DNA of 64,000 nt from an uncultured virus (IMG/VR IMGVR_UViG_3300028840_005337) (lineage: Duplodnaviria > Heunggongvirae > Uroviricota > Caudoviricetes). Location: the IMG/VR virus record IMGVR_UViG_3300028840_005337, positions 1 to 64,000 of that record; one strand, 5' to 3'. The notes under the pieces were generated by a model. The model had not been told where the DNA came from, searched no databases, and was given only the letters and a program-made list of their open reading frames with translations. This document shows positions 46,769 to 55,423 of the stretch, one piece after another. Numbering within the stretch: the first letter of the stretch is position 1; each line of letters begins with the position of its first letter. The position numbers and the translations under genes were made by a program.

Positions 46769-49570
46769 ATGTTAAGACGCCGGTCGATCAACGCGCATAT
46801 CGGATGGCACCAGGTGCTGCCATTGCTAGGAATCAAGGCCGCCTCCACGTCCATCCCGCTGATGGTGCCCTGCCCGATGTGCAGGAAACCCCGCCTGACT
46901 ATCTACAATGATAGCAAGTTCGGCGGGAATTGGCACTACTGCCCTGACTGCCATTCCTCTGGAGATATGATAGAACTGGCAGCAAAAACGTGGAAGATCA
47001 GTTTGGAGGACACAATCCGGCGATTGGTCGCCTCCGGGCTCCCATTCCCGGCGGACGCCGTCACTCAGGAGGCAATCCGGCGCTACGAGCAGGGCTACGT
47101 GGCCGAACAAACGCACATTCGCCGGCTGCGCGAGGACAGCCGCCGGCTGATGGCCGACGGGGACGTCCAGCTCGAGCGCGTCCTCCAGCAGATGGGCCTC
47201 CCGCAGGACCACCAGCGGGCCTACTGGCGGAAGCGCATGGGGCGCTTCATCGGCGGGGCCGACAAGCTCCGCTGCATCCAGGGGTTCTACCCGCACGCCG
47301 GTCCGCGCAAAGAGAACTCTGTGGGCCGCAACGAGCACGCGAACATGTTCCGCGGCAAGGGCTGGAACGATATGCTCGTGGTGCCCTTCCACGATCTGCC
47401 CGAGCGCTGTGCCGGTGTGCTGTTCATCGGCCGCCACGCCGAGCGAGACAAAGACTACACGTTCCGGCTGGTCGACTCCAAGCTGGCGCCGCACGGGGCT
47501 GCCGCAGCTGTGGCGGAGATCGGCGTGTGCATGGCGGACGTGCTGAACGGCCCGACGTCCCATGCGCAGCTCTTCAAAAATCAGGTGTTCGTGATCCCCG
47601 ATCCGGCCACGGCGCTCAAGCTGCAGGCCCGGCACATGAAGGACGCGGACCTCCCGCTGCCGATCGTGGGCACGTACAACGCGCTGGTCCGCCGGCAGAC
47701 CCGTAAATGGGAGCTGCGCACGTACGACTTCTGGCGTACCCGACCGGACAAACGATTCATCTTCTGGGACAAGGTGCTGTCGGCCAACCTGTTCAACATG
47801 GCGGCGCGTGCCGATGGGCTTGTGAGCATCGTCCCTGCTGCGCAATACACGTGGCGGCGGCCGCCGCACATGTGGCTGCGAGACATGCAGCGCCGGGCGC
47901 GACCCTGGGCAGAGGCGCTAGAGGCGCATCTACGCGTAATCCCGGAGGACGCGGCTGCGACGCTGCTGCAAAACATCGACATCCCTCCCGACATGTTGAT
48001 GCAATTCACGGATGGCTGCTGCGACGAGGTGCAGGAGCTGCTGGAGCGCCACCGAAAGGCGGCCACGCAGTTCCACAACACGACAGTCAGGGGCCAGGGC
48101 ATTGAAGAGATGAGCAATGGCTGGCACGTCGCCAAAACCGGCGAGTGTGTCTGTGACGCCATTCTCAGGGTGGAGAAGGTCATCTGCATCGAAGACGACG
48201 AGGACGCCGACCCCTACTATCAGGGGAGGATCATCTATGGTAATGAGCAGGTGGAATTCGTTGAGCCCATGAGCAAGATCGAGAGCGACCCAGGGACATG
48301 GCTCAAGAAGAAGGTGCTGTCCAAGCTCGGCAAGATGGTCGTCATCAAGCGAGCATGGGCACCGCACATTTTCGATATTGCTCGTGGGCTACACACCCCC
48401 GAGGTCATCCGTGAAGACGGAAAGTTCGGCTGGAAGCCACGCGACAGCTGCTTCAGCCTCCCTAAGTTCGCCGTGCACGTCGGAGGTGAGGTGTGCGACG
48501 AGCCCGCTCATGTTGTCGACGCATGGGCACCAGGCCAGGATCTGGATGCGCCTACAGCGGTGATTCCCGATCTCTCTCCGCTGCTGGAGGACAGCCCAGC
48601 AAACGCTCTGGTGTGGGCAACCGCCGCCTGTATCGGAGCGAATATCTTGGCGCCTGCAGTAGGGCAGCACGTGACCGGTATAGGGCTCATCGGTCATGGT
48701 GCTGTGCTCTGCGGGAAAGAGACTGCAAGAACGTGCGGATGTTGTGAGTACAGTAGTGCGTCTGCGACGCCGGCGGGCATAGACAAATCTTTGGGAGTGA
48801 TAACTGATGTCACAGCCCGGCATCGCTGGCCGTTAATGGTGAACATGCAAAACCAAGCTCGTCGTGTCCAGGACGTCATGGCACACGGCGGCTACGAAGC
48901 AAACACCATCCTGTGCACCGATAAATGGCACGCCGACGTCTGGTCACTCGTTGGTTCGTGGCGGTTTATAAACGGACCCAAGGCCGTAGAGCCGGGGGCG
49001 CATGTGAGGCAGTTATTGCCGCGCGTGCTGCCTCTGTGGCTCAGGCGTATCAGCCAGCGCAAGTTCAAACTGGAATCACATGCGGACGAATACCTGATCC
49101 GCGTGATCGACGACATGGCGTCCATGATGCAAGAGCATGGGCCAGTCAAGGTGATCTACGAGGCTGGCAGCCGTGTAGATAACGTGGCGGAGCTACCCAA
49201 GAAGCCCGCGCAGAAGCTGGTAGCCCTGCTGCATGAGCAAATTTGTGACGGATACATTCGATTCGCACGCCCGGGCGACACGACCAAAGGGCGAGGCGCG
49301 ACGATCGTGCGGTGTGCGCCGAAAGACCGTGCGCCAGGCATTTTCATCCCTAGAGTTGCTATCACTGGCATCTGTGAGAAGCGTGGTGTGATGCCCCCCG
49401 ATCCGGCCAGGGTAAGCGACGCATTCAAAGCTGCCAATGCACTGGATGGCGAATGCGAGTATGATAATGAAAGGGGCTGGTTTATATCAGAGTCATGGTG
49501 GAACAAGCAGATCGACCGCTGCAACTCTAATCCTCAACACCGGTTAAAGGTAATAGGAGGTGACGAATGA
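46769..49570 (+). CDS. DNA primase/replication protein-like with N-terminal CHC2-type zinc finger
   Basis: CPMC...YCPDC..SGDMIEL...LEDTIRRL is typical of primase zinc-binding domains. No intact TOPRIM or Walker motif recognised. Confidence 0.55.
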   Translation: MLRRRSINAHIGWHQVLPLLGIKAASTSIPLMVPCPMCRKPRLTIYNDSKFGGNWHYCPDCHSSGDMIELAAKTWKISLEDTIRRLVASGLPFPADAVTQEAIRRYEQGYVAEQTHIRRLREDSRRLMADGDVQLERVLQQMGLPQDHQRAYWRKRMGRFIGGADKLRCIQGFYPHAGPRKENSVGRNEHANMFRGKGWNDMLVVPFHDLPERCAGVLFIGRHAERDKDYTFRLVDSKLAPHGAAAAVAEIGVCMADVLNGPTSHAQLFKNQVFVIPDPATALKLQARHMKDADLPLPIVGTYNALVRRQTRKWELRTYDFWRTRPDKRFIFWDKVLSANLFNMAARADGLVSIVPAAQYTWRRPPHMWLRDMQRRARPWAEALEAHLRVIPEDAAATLLQNIDIPPDMLMQFTDGCCDEVQELLERHRKAATQFHNTTVRGQGIEEMSNGWHVAKTGECVCDAILRVEKVICIEDDEDADPYYQGRIIYGNEQVEFVEPMSKIESDPGTWLKKKVLSKLGKMVVIKRAWAPHIFDIARGLHTPEVIREDGKFGWKPRDSCFSLPKFAVHVGGEVCDEPAHVVDAWAPGQDLDAPTAVIPDLSPLLEDSPANALVWATAACIGANILAPAVGQHVTGIGLIGHGAVLCGKETARTCGCCEYSSASATPAGIDKSLGVITDVTARHRWPLMVNMQNQARRVQDVMAHGGYEANTILCTDKWHADVWSLVGSWRFINGPKAVEPGAHVRQLLPRVLPLWLRRISQRKFKLESHADEYLIRVIDDMASMMQEHGPVKVIYEAGSRVDNVAELPKKPAQKLVALLHEQICDGYIRFARPGDTTKGRGATIVRCAPKDRAPGIFIPRVAITGICEKRGVMPPDPARVSDAFKAANALDGECEYDNERGWFISESWWNKQIDRCNSNPQHRLKVIGGDE

Positions 49571-49842
49571 AGGCCACCAAGATGCTGAGGACGTGCAAGC
49601 TCGTGCTCCAGGAACTGGAGGATCTCGAGGAGATGTTGCCCTTCATCCCGGGCGACCAGCGTGCGGATCAGTTCATCCACGAGAGCCGCGGAGCCGTGAC
49701 GGAGCTGCAGCTCATCGCAAAGTTCGAGACGGTGGACAACGTCACCTCCGAACAGGCCTTGCACATTCGGACGATCCAGGGCAGAATCAATAAGCTTAGG
49801 AACATGGTTCCTGAGGACATACGAAAAGAGTTCGGAGACTAG
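49567..49842 (+). CDS. Hypothetical protein
   Basis: AGGAGG RBS; ATGA coupling. Confidence 0.6.
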   Translation: MKATKMLRTCKLVLQELEDLEEMLPFIPGDQRADQFIHESRGAVTELQLIAKFETVDNVTSEQALHIRTIQGRINKLRNMVPEDIRKEFGD

Positions 49843-49920
49843 TGGTAGACGGAAATCTGCGGCGGGAATGGCTTTTAGGTCCAGTGCCCGCTTGCCGGCC
49901 GGTTCGACTCCGGTGACCAC
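49842..49920 (+). ncRNA. Atypical tRNA-like element
   Basis: T-arm GCCGG-TTCGACT-CCGGT, GTGGT/ACCAC closing stem, elongated central arm. Confidence 0.4.
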
Positions 49921-50275
49921 ACGAACCACTGGGCAGGTCAGTATCTGGCTGGGGCTGTAGGTCTCGGCTAAGCGGGCGCAACTCCCGCCAGACGGTTCAA
50001 CAGTCGCTTGAGATACCCTCGGTAAACCGAGCGGCCGGGCCTATATGGTCGAGGGTACAGCGCTAGCCAGCTTCGACTGGGACTGTTGGTAGGACAGACG
50101 TAGGCGATAAACCGGTAGGCAGCCGCCGCGCTAAACGCGGGAGGGCACCGGGAACCGAATAAAACCTACGAGCGCCCTTTGGGTGAGGACAGTTAAAGCT
50201 ACTTATGCCTCGGCGGCGTGTGCTAAGGGAAAGCCCGCAAGGGTGCAGCATTAGTCGTAGCGCCGCAGCCCATTT
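49921..50275 (+). ncRNA. Large multi-stem ncRNA candidate (GOLLD-like?)
   Basis: No credible ORF. Many nested stems and GNRA/UUCG loops. Lies in the tRNA region. Confidence 0.5.
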
Positions 50276-50281
50276 TTGATA

Positions 50282-50311
50282 TTGCTCATAACCACACATG
50301 GCGGGTATGAT
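50282..50311 (+). promoter_or_regulatory. Sigma70-like promoter
   Basis: TTGCTC-N18-TATGAT upstream of the HNH gene. Confidence 0.4.
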
Positions 50312-50340
50312 ACGGAAAATCAACCGTATCGGAGCCCGCC

Positions 50341-50688
50341 ATGTCGCGTAATTCAGAGAAACGTCGCGCTAGCCAGCGGAAAGCGCAGAACAAATACTAC
50401 CAGAAGAACAAGGCCTACTACAGGCAGAAGACTAAAGAGCATAAGGCCCGGGTCAAACAGTGGGTCTTTGAGTACAAGCAGACGCATCCGTGTATTGAGT
50501 GCGGGGCCGACCACCCTGCGTACTTGGTATTTCATCATCGCGACCCTACGGCAAAAGATTTGGAAGTCGCGAACATGATCAGTCGCGGATGGGGCTTGCG
50601 CCGTATTGAGAAGGAGATCGAGAAGTGCGACGTGTTGTGTGCAAATTGCCATATGCTGTTGCACTGGGAAGAAAATGATGCGGGGTAG
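50341..50688 (+). CDS. HNH endonuclease, tRNA-region type
   Basis: CIECG...FHHRDP...EIEKCDVLCANCH. Confidence 0.85.
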   Translation: MSRNSEKRRASQRKAQNKYYQKNKAYYRQKTKEHKARVKQWVFEYKQTHPCIECGADHPAYLVFHHRDPTAKDLEVANMISRGWGLRRIEKEIEKCDVLCANCHMLLHWEENDAG

Positions 50689-50752
50689 TGTAGTGGCCTA
50701 ACACGCAGGGCTCATATCCCTGAAATCGCAGGTTCGAATCCTGTCCCCGCTA
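50679..50752 (+). tRNA. trnM: tRNA-Met(CAT), initiator-type
   Basis: Cloverleaf with CAGGG-CTCATAT-CCCTG (three G-C pairs) and a 1:72 mismatch; no encoded CCA. Confidence 0.9.
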
Positions 50753-51020
50753 CTGCTGGTGACCATGTAAACAAGAAGGCAGAGGTGGTCTGTAACGGTA
50801 TCGTACGCCGGCCAACCTGTGGACGCCCATAGGTTGAGCAAGCCGAACCAGCACAAGCACTCGCCACCCCATATGACACCTCATGGGGGAGCGTCCCGCG
50901 AGTCCATAAATCGCGATGCGAAGGACAAACGGTTGGCGTTAGTGCAGCGTGTGGCGAAGGTGTCTAGCCGCGGCCGGGCAATAGTCAGGTGCACCTGGCA
51001 GGTCGAACAACGAGCGCCGA

Positions 51021-51085
51021 GGTATCGGTTGGCGCCCGAAAGGGCCACGACCAGGCCTGTTGGGGTTCGATTCCCCTTCGATACC
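51021..51085 (+). ncRNA. Minimal tRNA-like element lacking a canonical D/anticodon arm
   Basis: GGTATCG/CGATACC acceptor, one GAAA-capped arm, T-arm GGGG-TTCGATT-CCCC. Confidence 0.45.
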
Positions 51086-51210
51086 GACGCGCTTTTGATA
51101 CAGAAACGCGTTTCCCCACGTGGGAACTCAAGGGATTGTGCCCCCTTGAGAAAACTGGTAGCCCCGACCGGCAGTACCGACTGCTCAACCGGACTGACCG
51201 GTTCGGCGGA

Positions 51211-51537
51211 CTACCTATAACCATGCTCGTAGTGTACGATTCGGTGACAGTTGGCGCACAGGACAATGCATTTGTCAATCTCTACTTGGATCCTCGCGAT
51301 AGAGAATGAGCGATTGATCATCTCACTAACCTCGTGCGTTTTTACAGCTGGATCCTCGTGGTGGAAGCATAAGCACCGAAAGTCGTCGCAGCCGCAATGT
51401 AGGCATACGCTACGTTTTTTGACCTCCTCGACAAACTCGCGGTTGCGCTGTCGTGCGCGTGCGCAGCGCGCCTTATACTGCGCCTTGTTTGCTTGATAGT
51501 GTTTTGAGGCGTATTTCTTGGGATCTTTAGCTGGCAT
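51211..51537 (-). CDS. HNH endonuclease, paralogue of 50341..50688
   Basis: CLHCG...FHHEDP...EIDKCIVLCANCH; GGAGG RBS. Confidence 0.85.
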   Translation of the reverse strand: MPAKDPKKYASKHYQANKAQYKARCARARQRNREFVEEVKKRSVCLHCGCDDFRCLCFHHEDPAVKTHEVSEMINRSFSIARIQVEIDKCIVLCANCHRIVHYEHGYR

Positions 51538-51618
51538 TGGTCCCTCCATGGTTAGAATACACAGTGCAGTTTCTAACCTAATTATGCCGGTAGCTGTCGT
51601 AACGTACAATAGGAATAA

Positions 51619-51692
51619 CGCGGAGTGGTGCAGAGGCCTAGCACGCGAGCCTCATAAGCTCGAAGTCGCGGGTTCGAATCCCGCCTCCGCAA
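51619..51692 (+). tRNA. trnM: tRNA with CAT anticodon (Met)
   Basis: Cloverleaf with CGAGC-CTCATAA-GCTCG and a C1:A72 mismatch. Confidence 0.88.
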
Positions 51693-51694
51693 AT

Positions 51695-51882
51695 TGGTCG
51701 GTATATCAAGGATCATGCGAGCGAAAGCTGCAGTCAGCATAGTGCAACGGTATGGGCCCGCATGTAGCGGGTACCGCCTGCGCACTGAAGCGGGCCGGCC
51801 CGGGAGCAGACCCGGAATCCGGATGGACCCGTGCTGATCGCCGTAAAGACTGATGCGGGAGCGAGATGTCCCGTACCGACCA
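51695..51882 (+). ncRNA. Candidate structured RNA
   Basis: 9-bp closing stem TGGTCGGTA/TACCGACCA with multiple internal stems. Confidence 0.45.
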
Positions 51883-51936
51883 TGAAATAACGGCGCCGCG
51901 GTGGCGCCACATTGTTGTGCCATAGGAGAAAGACTC

Positions 51937-52815
51937 TTGGCAAAAGCTCGACGAAAAGTCGACCCCGTGGCGGCACTGGCCGCCGTCTCAGAAGCCGACG
52001 TCAAGCAGACGCTTGATCAGATCGGTGATTTACAAGCCAGCATGCAAGGTACGCTGGCAGGTCTTGGTGCCACGATGGTGTCCAAGATTGAGGAGCTCGG
52101 ACAACTCAACACTGCCATCGACGTGCAGAAAGATGCGTTGAAAGAGCTCCACGATATCGAAGTACAAGCGGAAACGCTGGCCGAGCTCGAGGAGCGCGAA
52201 CAGGAGCGCCTCACGGCTCACGAAAAGGCTGCGGAAGCGAGGGCACTCGAGTGGGCCGAACAGGACGCCGCACGATTGCAGTTGCTGACCCGCGAATCCG
52301 AACAGGCACAGTACCAGCGCGAGCAACGCGAGAAGCGTGCGCTTGAGGAATTCAACGCCAGCGTCACCGAACGTCAGCGCCAAGAACGCTTTCGGATGGA
52401 AGACGTGAACCGGCAGATGTCGGACAAGATCGAGGCTGTCGAAGCGCGTGAGGCTGCGGTGTCGGAGAAGGAGGAAGAGATTGCCGCCTTCCCGGCTAAG
52501 CTGGAGGCTGCTGTCGCTGCTGCGACGGAGGCAGCCGAGACGAAAGCTCAACAGGCGTTCGGCCATGAGCGGACGATCCTCAAGAAGGACGCCGAGGGCA
52601 AACTGGCGCTGGCGCACCAGCAGATCCAGGCGCTCGAAGCGACGATCCGCAGCCTGCAGGATCAACTGGAAGCTGCCGAGAACGCCGCACGCGACGCACA
52701 GACGGACGCGAAAGAGATTTCGCAGAAGGCCGTCGAGGCGAGTGCGGATCGTCAGGCGCTCACGACGCTGCAAAAGGCGATGGAGGTTCAGGCCTCTGCG
52801 CCGCAGAAGCGATAG
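51937..52815 (+). CDS. Long coiled-coil protein
   Basis: AGGAG RBS + TTG start; E/A/Q/R-rich heptads. Confidence 0.7.
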   Translation: MAKARRKVDPVAALAAVSEADVKQTLDQIGDLQASMQGTLAGLGATMVSKIEELGQLNTAIDVQKDALKELHDIEVQAETLAELEEREQERLTAHEKAAEARALEWAEQDAARLQLLTRESEQAQYQREQREKRALEEFNASVTERQRQERFRMEDVNRQMSDKIEAVEAREAAVSEKEEEIAAFPAKLEAAVAAATEAAETKAQQAFGHERTILKKDAEGKLALAHQQIQALEATIRSLQDQLEAAENAARDAQTDAKEISQKAVEASADRQALTTLQKAMEVQASAPQKR

Positions 52816-53010
52816 GAAGCACAAGCGGCGGTTGGGAAGTCTGCGGGAGCCCGTTTATGCGCTTAGCGGCGCAGGGCGATGAGCAAGGACTGTGCAATCC
52901 ATCTGTCGTTGTCGCTCAGATGACGTGCGCTGCGAGGCAAAGTCAGGTCTGAGGACTAAAATGGAGGTATAGGATGGCGCGCGCTAGGCCTAATCACTTA
53001 CCTCCTAAAT

Positions 53011-53083
53011 GGCCCGTTGGTCTATCGGTTATGACACCGGACTTTCGATCCGGTAAGGGTGGGTTCGATTCCCCCACGGGTCA
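53011..53083 (+). tRNA. trnE: tRNA-Glu(TTC)
   Basis: Cloverleaf with CCGGA-CTTTCGA-TCCGG and T-loop TTCGATT. Confidence 0.9.
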
Positions 53084-53274
53084 CTTGCGCAGCTTGTTCA
53101 CCGTCTGTTTAGATGCGATCGCGCATCGCACCAGGCCTCTCGGCGCGCATTGGGAGAGGATGGCAGATGAACGAGTTATTGACTCCGGCAAGAACGCTTG
53201 CCCAACGCTGGGAGCAATAGAGGTGGGTGTTAAAGCCGTGGCAACGGGTTGATACCACCTAAGCGCACAAATCA

Positions 53275-53519
53275 CATGCGTACGGGCTATGTAGGTACGG
53301 GAGAGCCGGCCGTTCTTCGGGAGCGGTTGCCGCCCTAGGTAGGTGAAACCAATTCCGCGAGGAGTCGGGATTAGCTGGACGGGTCCGTCAAGAGCGCCGC
53401 GGTGCATAGGTTGCGGGAGTAGCCAGCGGGATTGAATTGCGTCGTCGCTGGTCCGCCAACAGTGACCACCATACCACGGCTATGTGTCGCAACGGTCGGG
53501 GTGGTCCATGGTACGCATG
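53275..53519 (+). ncRNA. Candidate structured RNA
   Basis: 9-bp closing stem CATGCGTAC/GTACGCATG with internal hairpins (for example CCGTTC-TTCG-GGAGCGG). Confidence 0.4.
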
Positions 53520-53550
53520 ATTTTATTCACGTCAATAAGATTGGAGACCG

Positions 53551-53805
53551 ATGGATTTCGAGGAAGCTCTGCGCCAGTGGTGCGCACGCAACCTGCAGGT
53601 CACGCTGAGCCACTTCGATCGTGACAACGGCTTGCTTGACTTGGTTCTCGACCTTTACGTGAATGGCGTCGTCGTTTCGACGGCGACCACGATGGTCGAT
53701 CTTAACGAGCTGCTCCGGAAACCCGAACCGGAGCCGGATCCGCCGTCCGACGAGCGGAATCCACGAGGCGTGCGGCTCGATCGCACGGAAAGCCCTGTGG
53801 TGTAA
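53551..53805 (+). CDS. Small protein ending in ERNPRGVRLDR
   Basis: GGAG RBS; stop lies inside tRNA-Gln. Confidence 0.6.
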   Translation: MDFEEALRQWCARNLQVTLSHFDRDNGLLDLVLDLYVNGVVVSTATTMVDLNELLRKPEPEPDPPSDERNPRGVRLDRTESPVV

Positions 53806-53863
53806 TCGGTAACACACGGGATTTTGGTTCCCGTATTGCTAGGTTCGAGTCCTGCCGGGGCTT
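53791..53863 (+). tRNA. trnQ: tRNA-Gln(TTG)
   Basis: Cloverleaf with CGGGA-TTTTGGT-TCCCG. Confidence 0.88.
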
Positions 53864-53865
53864 CT

Positions 53866-54576
53866 ATGGCAATGATTGCTGAGGCTTTGCCAATCATCCA
53901 GTATCGCAACGATACAGTCGGCAACAGCCACCACGTGTCGCTACCAAGAGCTAAAACATGCCCGGGGCGGTCGCATCTTTGCGATGAGTTGTGCTACGGG
54001 AAAAAGGGGTGCTGCGCGCAGCCGCATTCCGTGGCGTCATATGAACGCTTCTACAAGGCAACACTGCGCGAAGACTTCGCCGATTGCATGATCGCGCAGT
54101 TGGCACGCAAGCGTGCCGGCATCTTTCGCATCCATGCCGTGGGTGACTTCTACAGCGCGGCTTACATCAACAAATGGCGTAAGATCGTGCAGGCGTCGCC
54201 GCACATTAAGTTCTGGACGTATACTCGCTCCTGGCGGATTCCGTGGCTGTACAGACACCTGCGACAGCTAGCTGCGCTGCCAAACATGAGCATGTTCTGG
54301 TCCACAGACGCCGAAACGCATGCACGTAATGGTGCGCCGCCGCACGTACCGTATGTACGCGTAGCGCACCTCCGGTCGTCCGACGACGAGACCATCCCGT
54401 GGTACGCCGATGTTGTTTGGTGCGACCACCGTGGTGTAGTCTGGCCAGAGCCGTATCTACGATCCTGCCCGCAGGGTTTGGTCGAAGGATGTAACTGCCG
54501 CGATTGTCAGTGGTGCGTTCAAAAATCGATGTCACGCCGTGATCGCTTGGCGCTGGGAACCGTACCAGCCACGTGA
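53866..54576 (+). CDS. Second GP88-like protein
   Basis: SLP..KTCPG...C...CY, FRIHAVGDFY, FWTYTRSWRI. Confidence 0.75.
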   Translation: MAMIAEALPIIQYRNDTVGNSHHVSLPRAKTCPGRSHLCDELCYGKKGCCAQPHSVASYERFYKATLREDFADCMIAQLARKRAGIFRIHAVGDFYSAAYINKWRKIVQASPHIKFWTYTRSWRIPWLYRHLRQLAALPNMSMFWSTDAETHARNGAPPHVPYVRVAHLRSSDDETIPWYADVVWCDHRGVVWPEPYLRSCPQGLVEGCNCRDCQWCVQKSMSRRDRLALGTVPAT

Positions 54577-54583
54577 GGAAAAC

Positions 54584-54853
54584 ATGTCTACACGCGATAT
54601 TGAAGAACTTGAGGATGCGTTCGACGCACAGGTCGGACGTTGTGAGCCGAACAAAGTTGTCGGCATACAGTTTCAGGGTGAATGGTTAAAGCTTGGCAGT
54701 AAGAGCGCATGGCACGGCACCGGGCCGGCTAAGAACGCGCTGCGCCAGCGTCTACGATACATCACCCGCTGGGATCGTGAGGACGCGTCGCGTCTGTATG
54801 ATCACCTCATCAACAACGGACTGATTGAGTTCGTTCCACTCATGCCCGAATAG
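54584..54853 (+). CDS. Hypothetical protein
   Basis: GAGG RBS. Confidence 0.55.
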   Translation: MSTRDIEELEDAFDAQVGRCEPNKVVGIQFQGEWLKLGSKSAWHGTGPAKNALRQRLRYITRWDREDASRLYDHLINNGLIEFVPLMPE

Positions 54854-54862
54854 GAGTGCCCT

Positions 54863-55006
54863 ATGTCTGAGGAATCGGGTGATCGTAGCTTGGTACACAT
54901 CGACGATGGCGGCTGCCTCGGTTGCGGCTGCTTCATCTTCTTGGTGTTGCTGGGCTTGGCGGCGCTATCGCTTGCGACGTCTTTCGGGCGATGGCTGTGC
55001 AGCTAA
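54863..55006 (+). CDS. 47-aa membrane peptide (below ORF track cutoff)
   Basis: AGGAG RBS; GGCLGCGCFIFLVLLGLAAL. Confidence 0.5.
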   Translation: MSEESGDRSLVHIDDGGCLGCGCFIFLVLLGLAALSLATSFGRWLCS

Positions 55007-55423
55007 ACGATGTATATTCCGAAGTGGGACGACGCATGTTCTGCAGGTAATTCTCCGTTTACGCTGCTAGTCTACGTTTTCGGCGACTGGGCGTGCTTGT
55101 CACCCTGGCACAGGCCGAATATCTATCCGAGGGTATGGTTGCCCGCGGGTTTACTTATCCAGCAGCACGGTGCGGCATCCGGATCACCGGCGGCCACGTG
55201 TTAATCTGGCTCAAAAATCGATTATTGGAGATGGGATATCTCAAATGCGGTTCGACCTATCCCCCAGGGGTTAATACCGCCGACGAGGACGGTATGCAGT
55301 TAGATGGTCATGTAGCGCGTTCGAAGATAGCGTCCACTCCGTTGGTGATCCGCCCGATCGATCGGGTGGCTCATCGCGTATCCCGTGATCGTTAATGTTC
55401 ACCCCAATAGGAGAAAAGAAACA

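Noticed and set aside
50341..50688. IscB/HEARO RNA-guided nuclease
   Set aside because: The protein is 115 aa with HNH only; no RuvC or PLMP motifs
49951..51085. tmRNA (GGGGCTG start, later T-arm)
   Set aside because: The 5' GGGGCTG does not pair with a 3' acceptor next to a T-arm, no tag ORF is evident, and an HNH gene and a tRNA intervene
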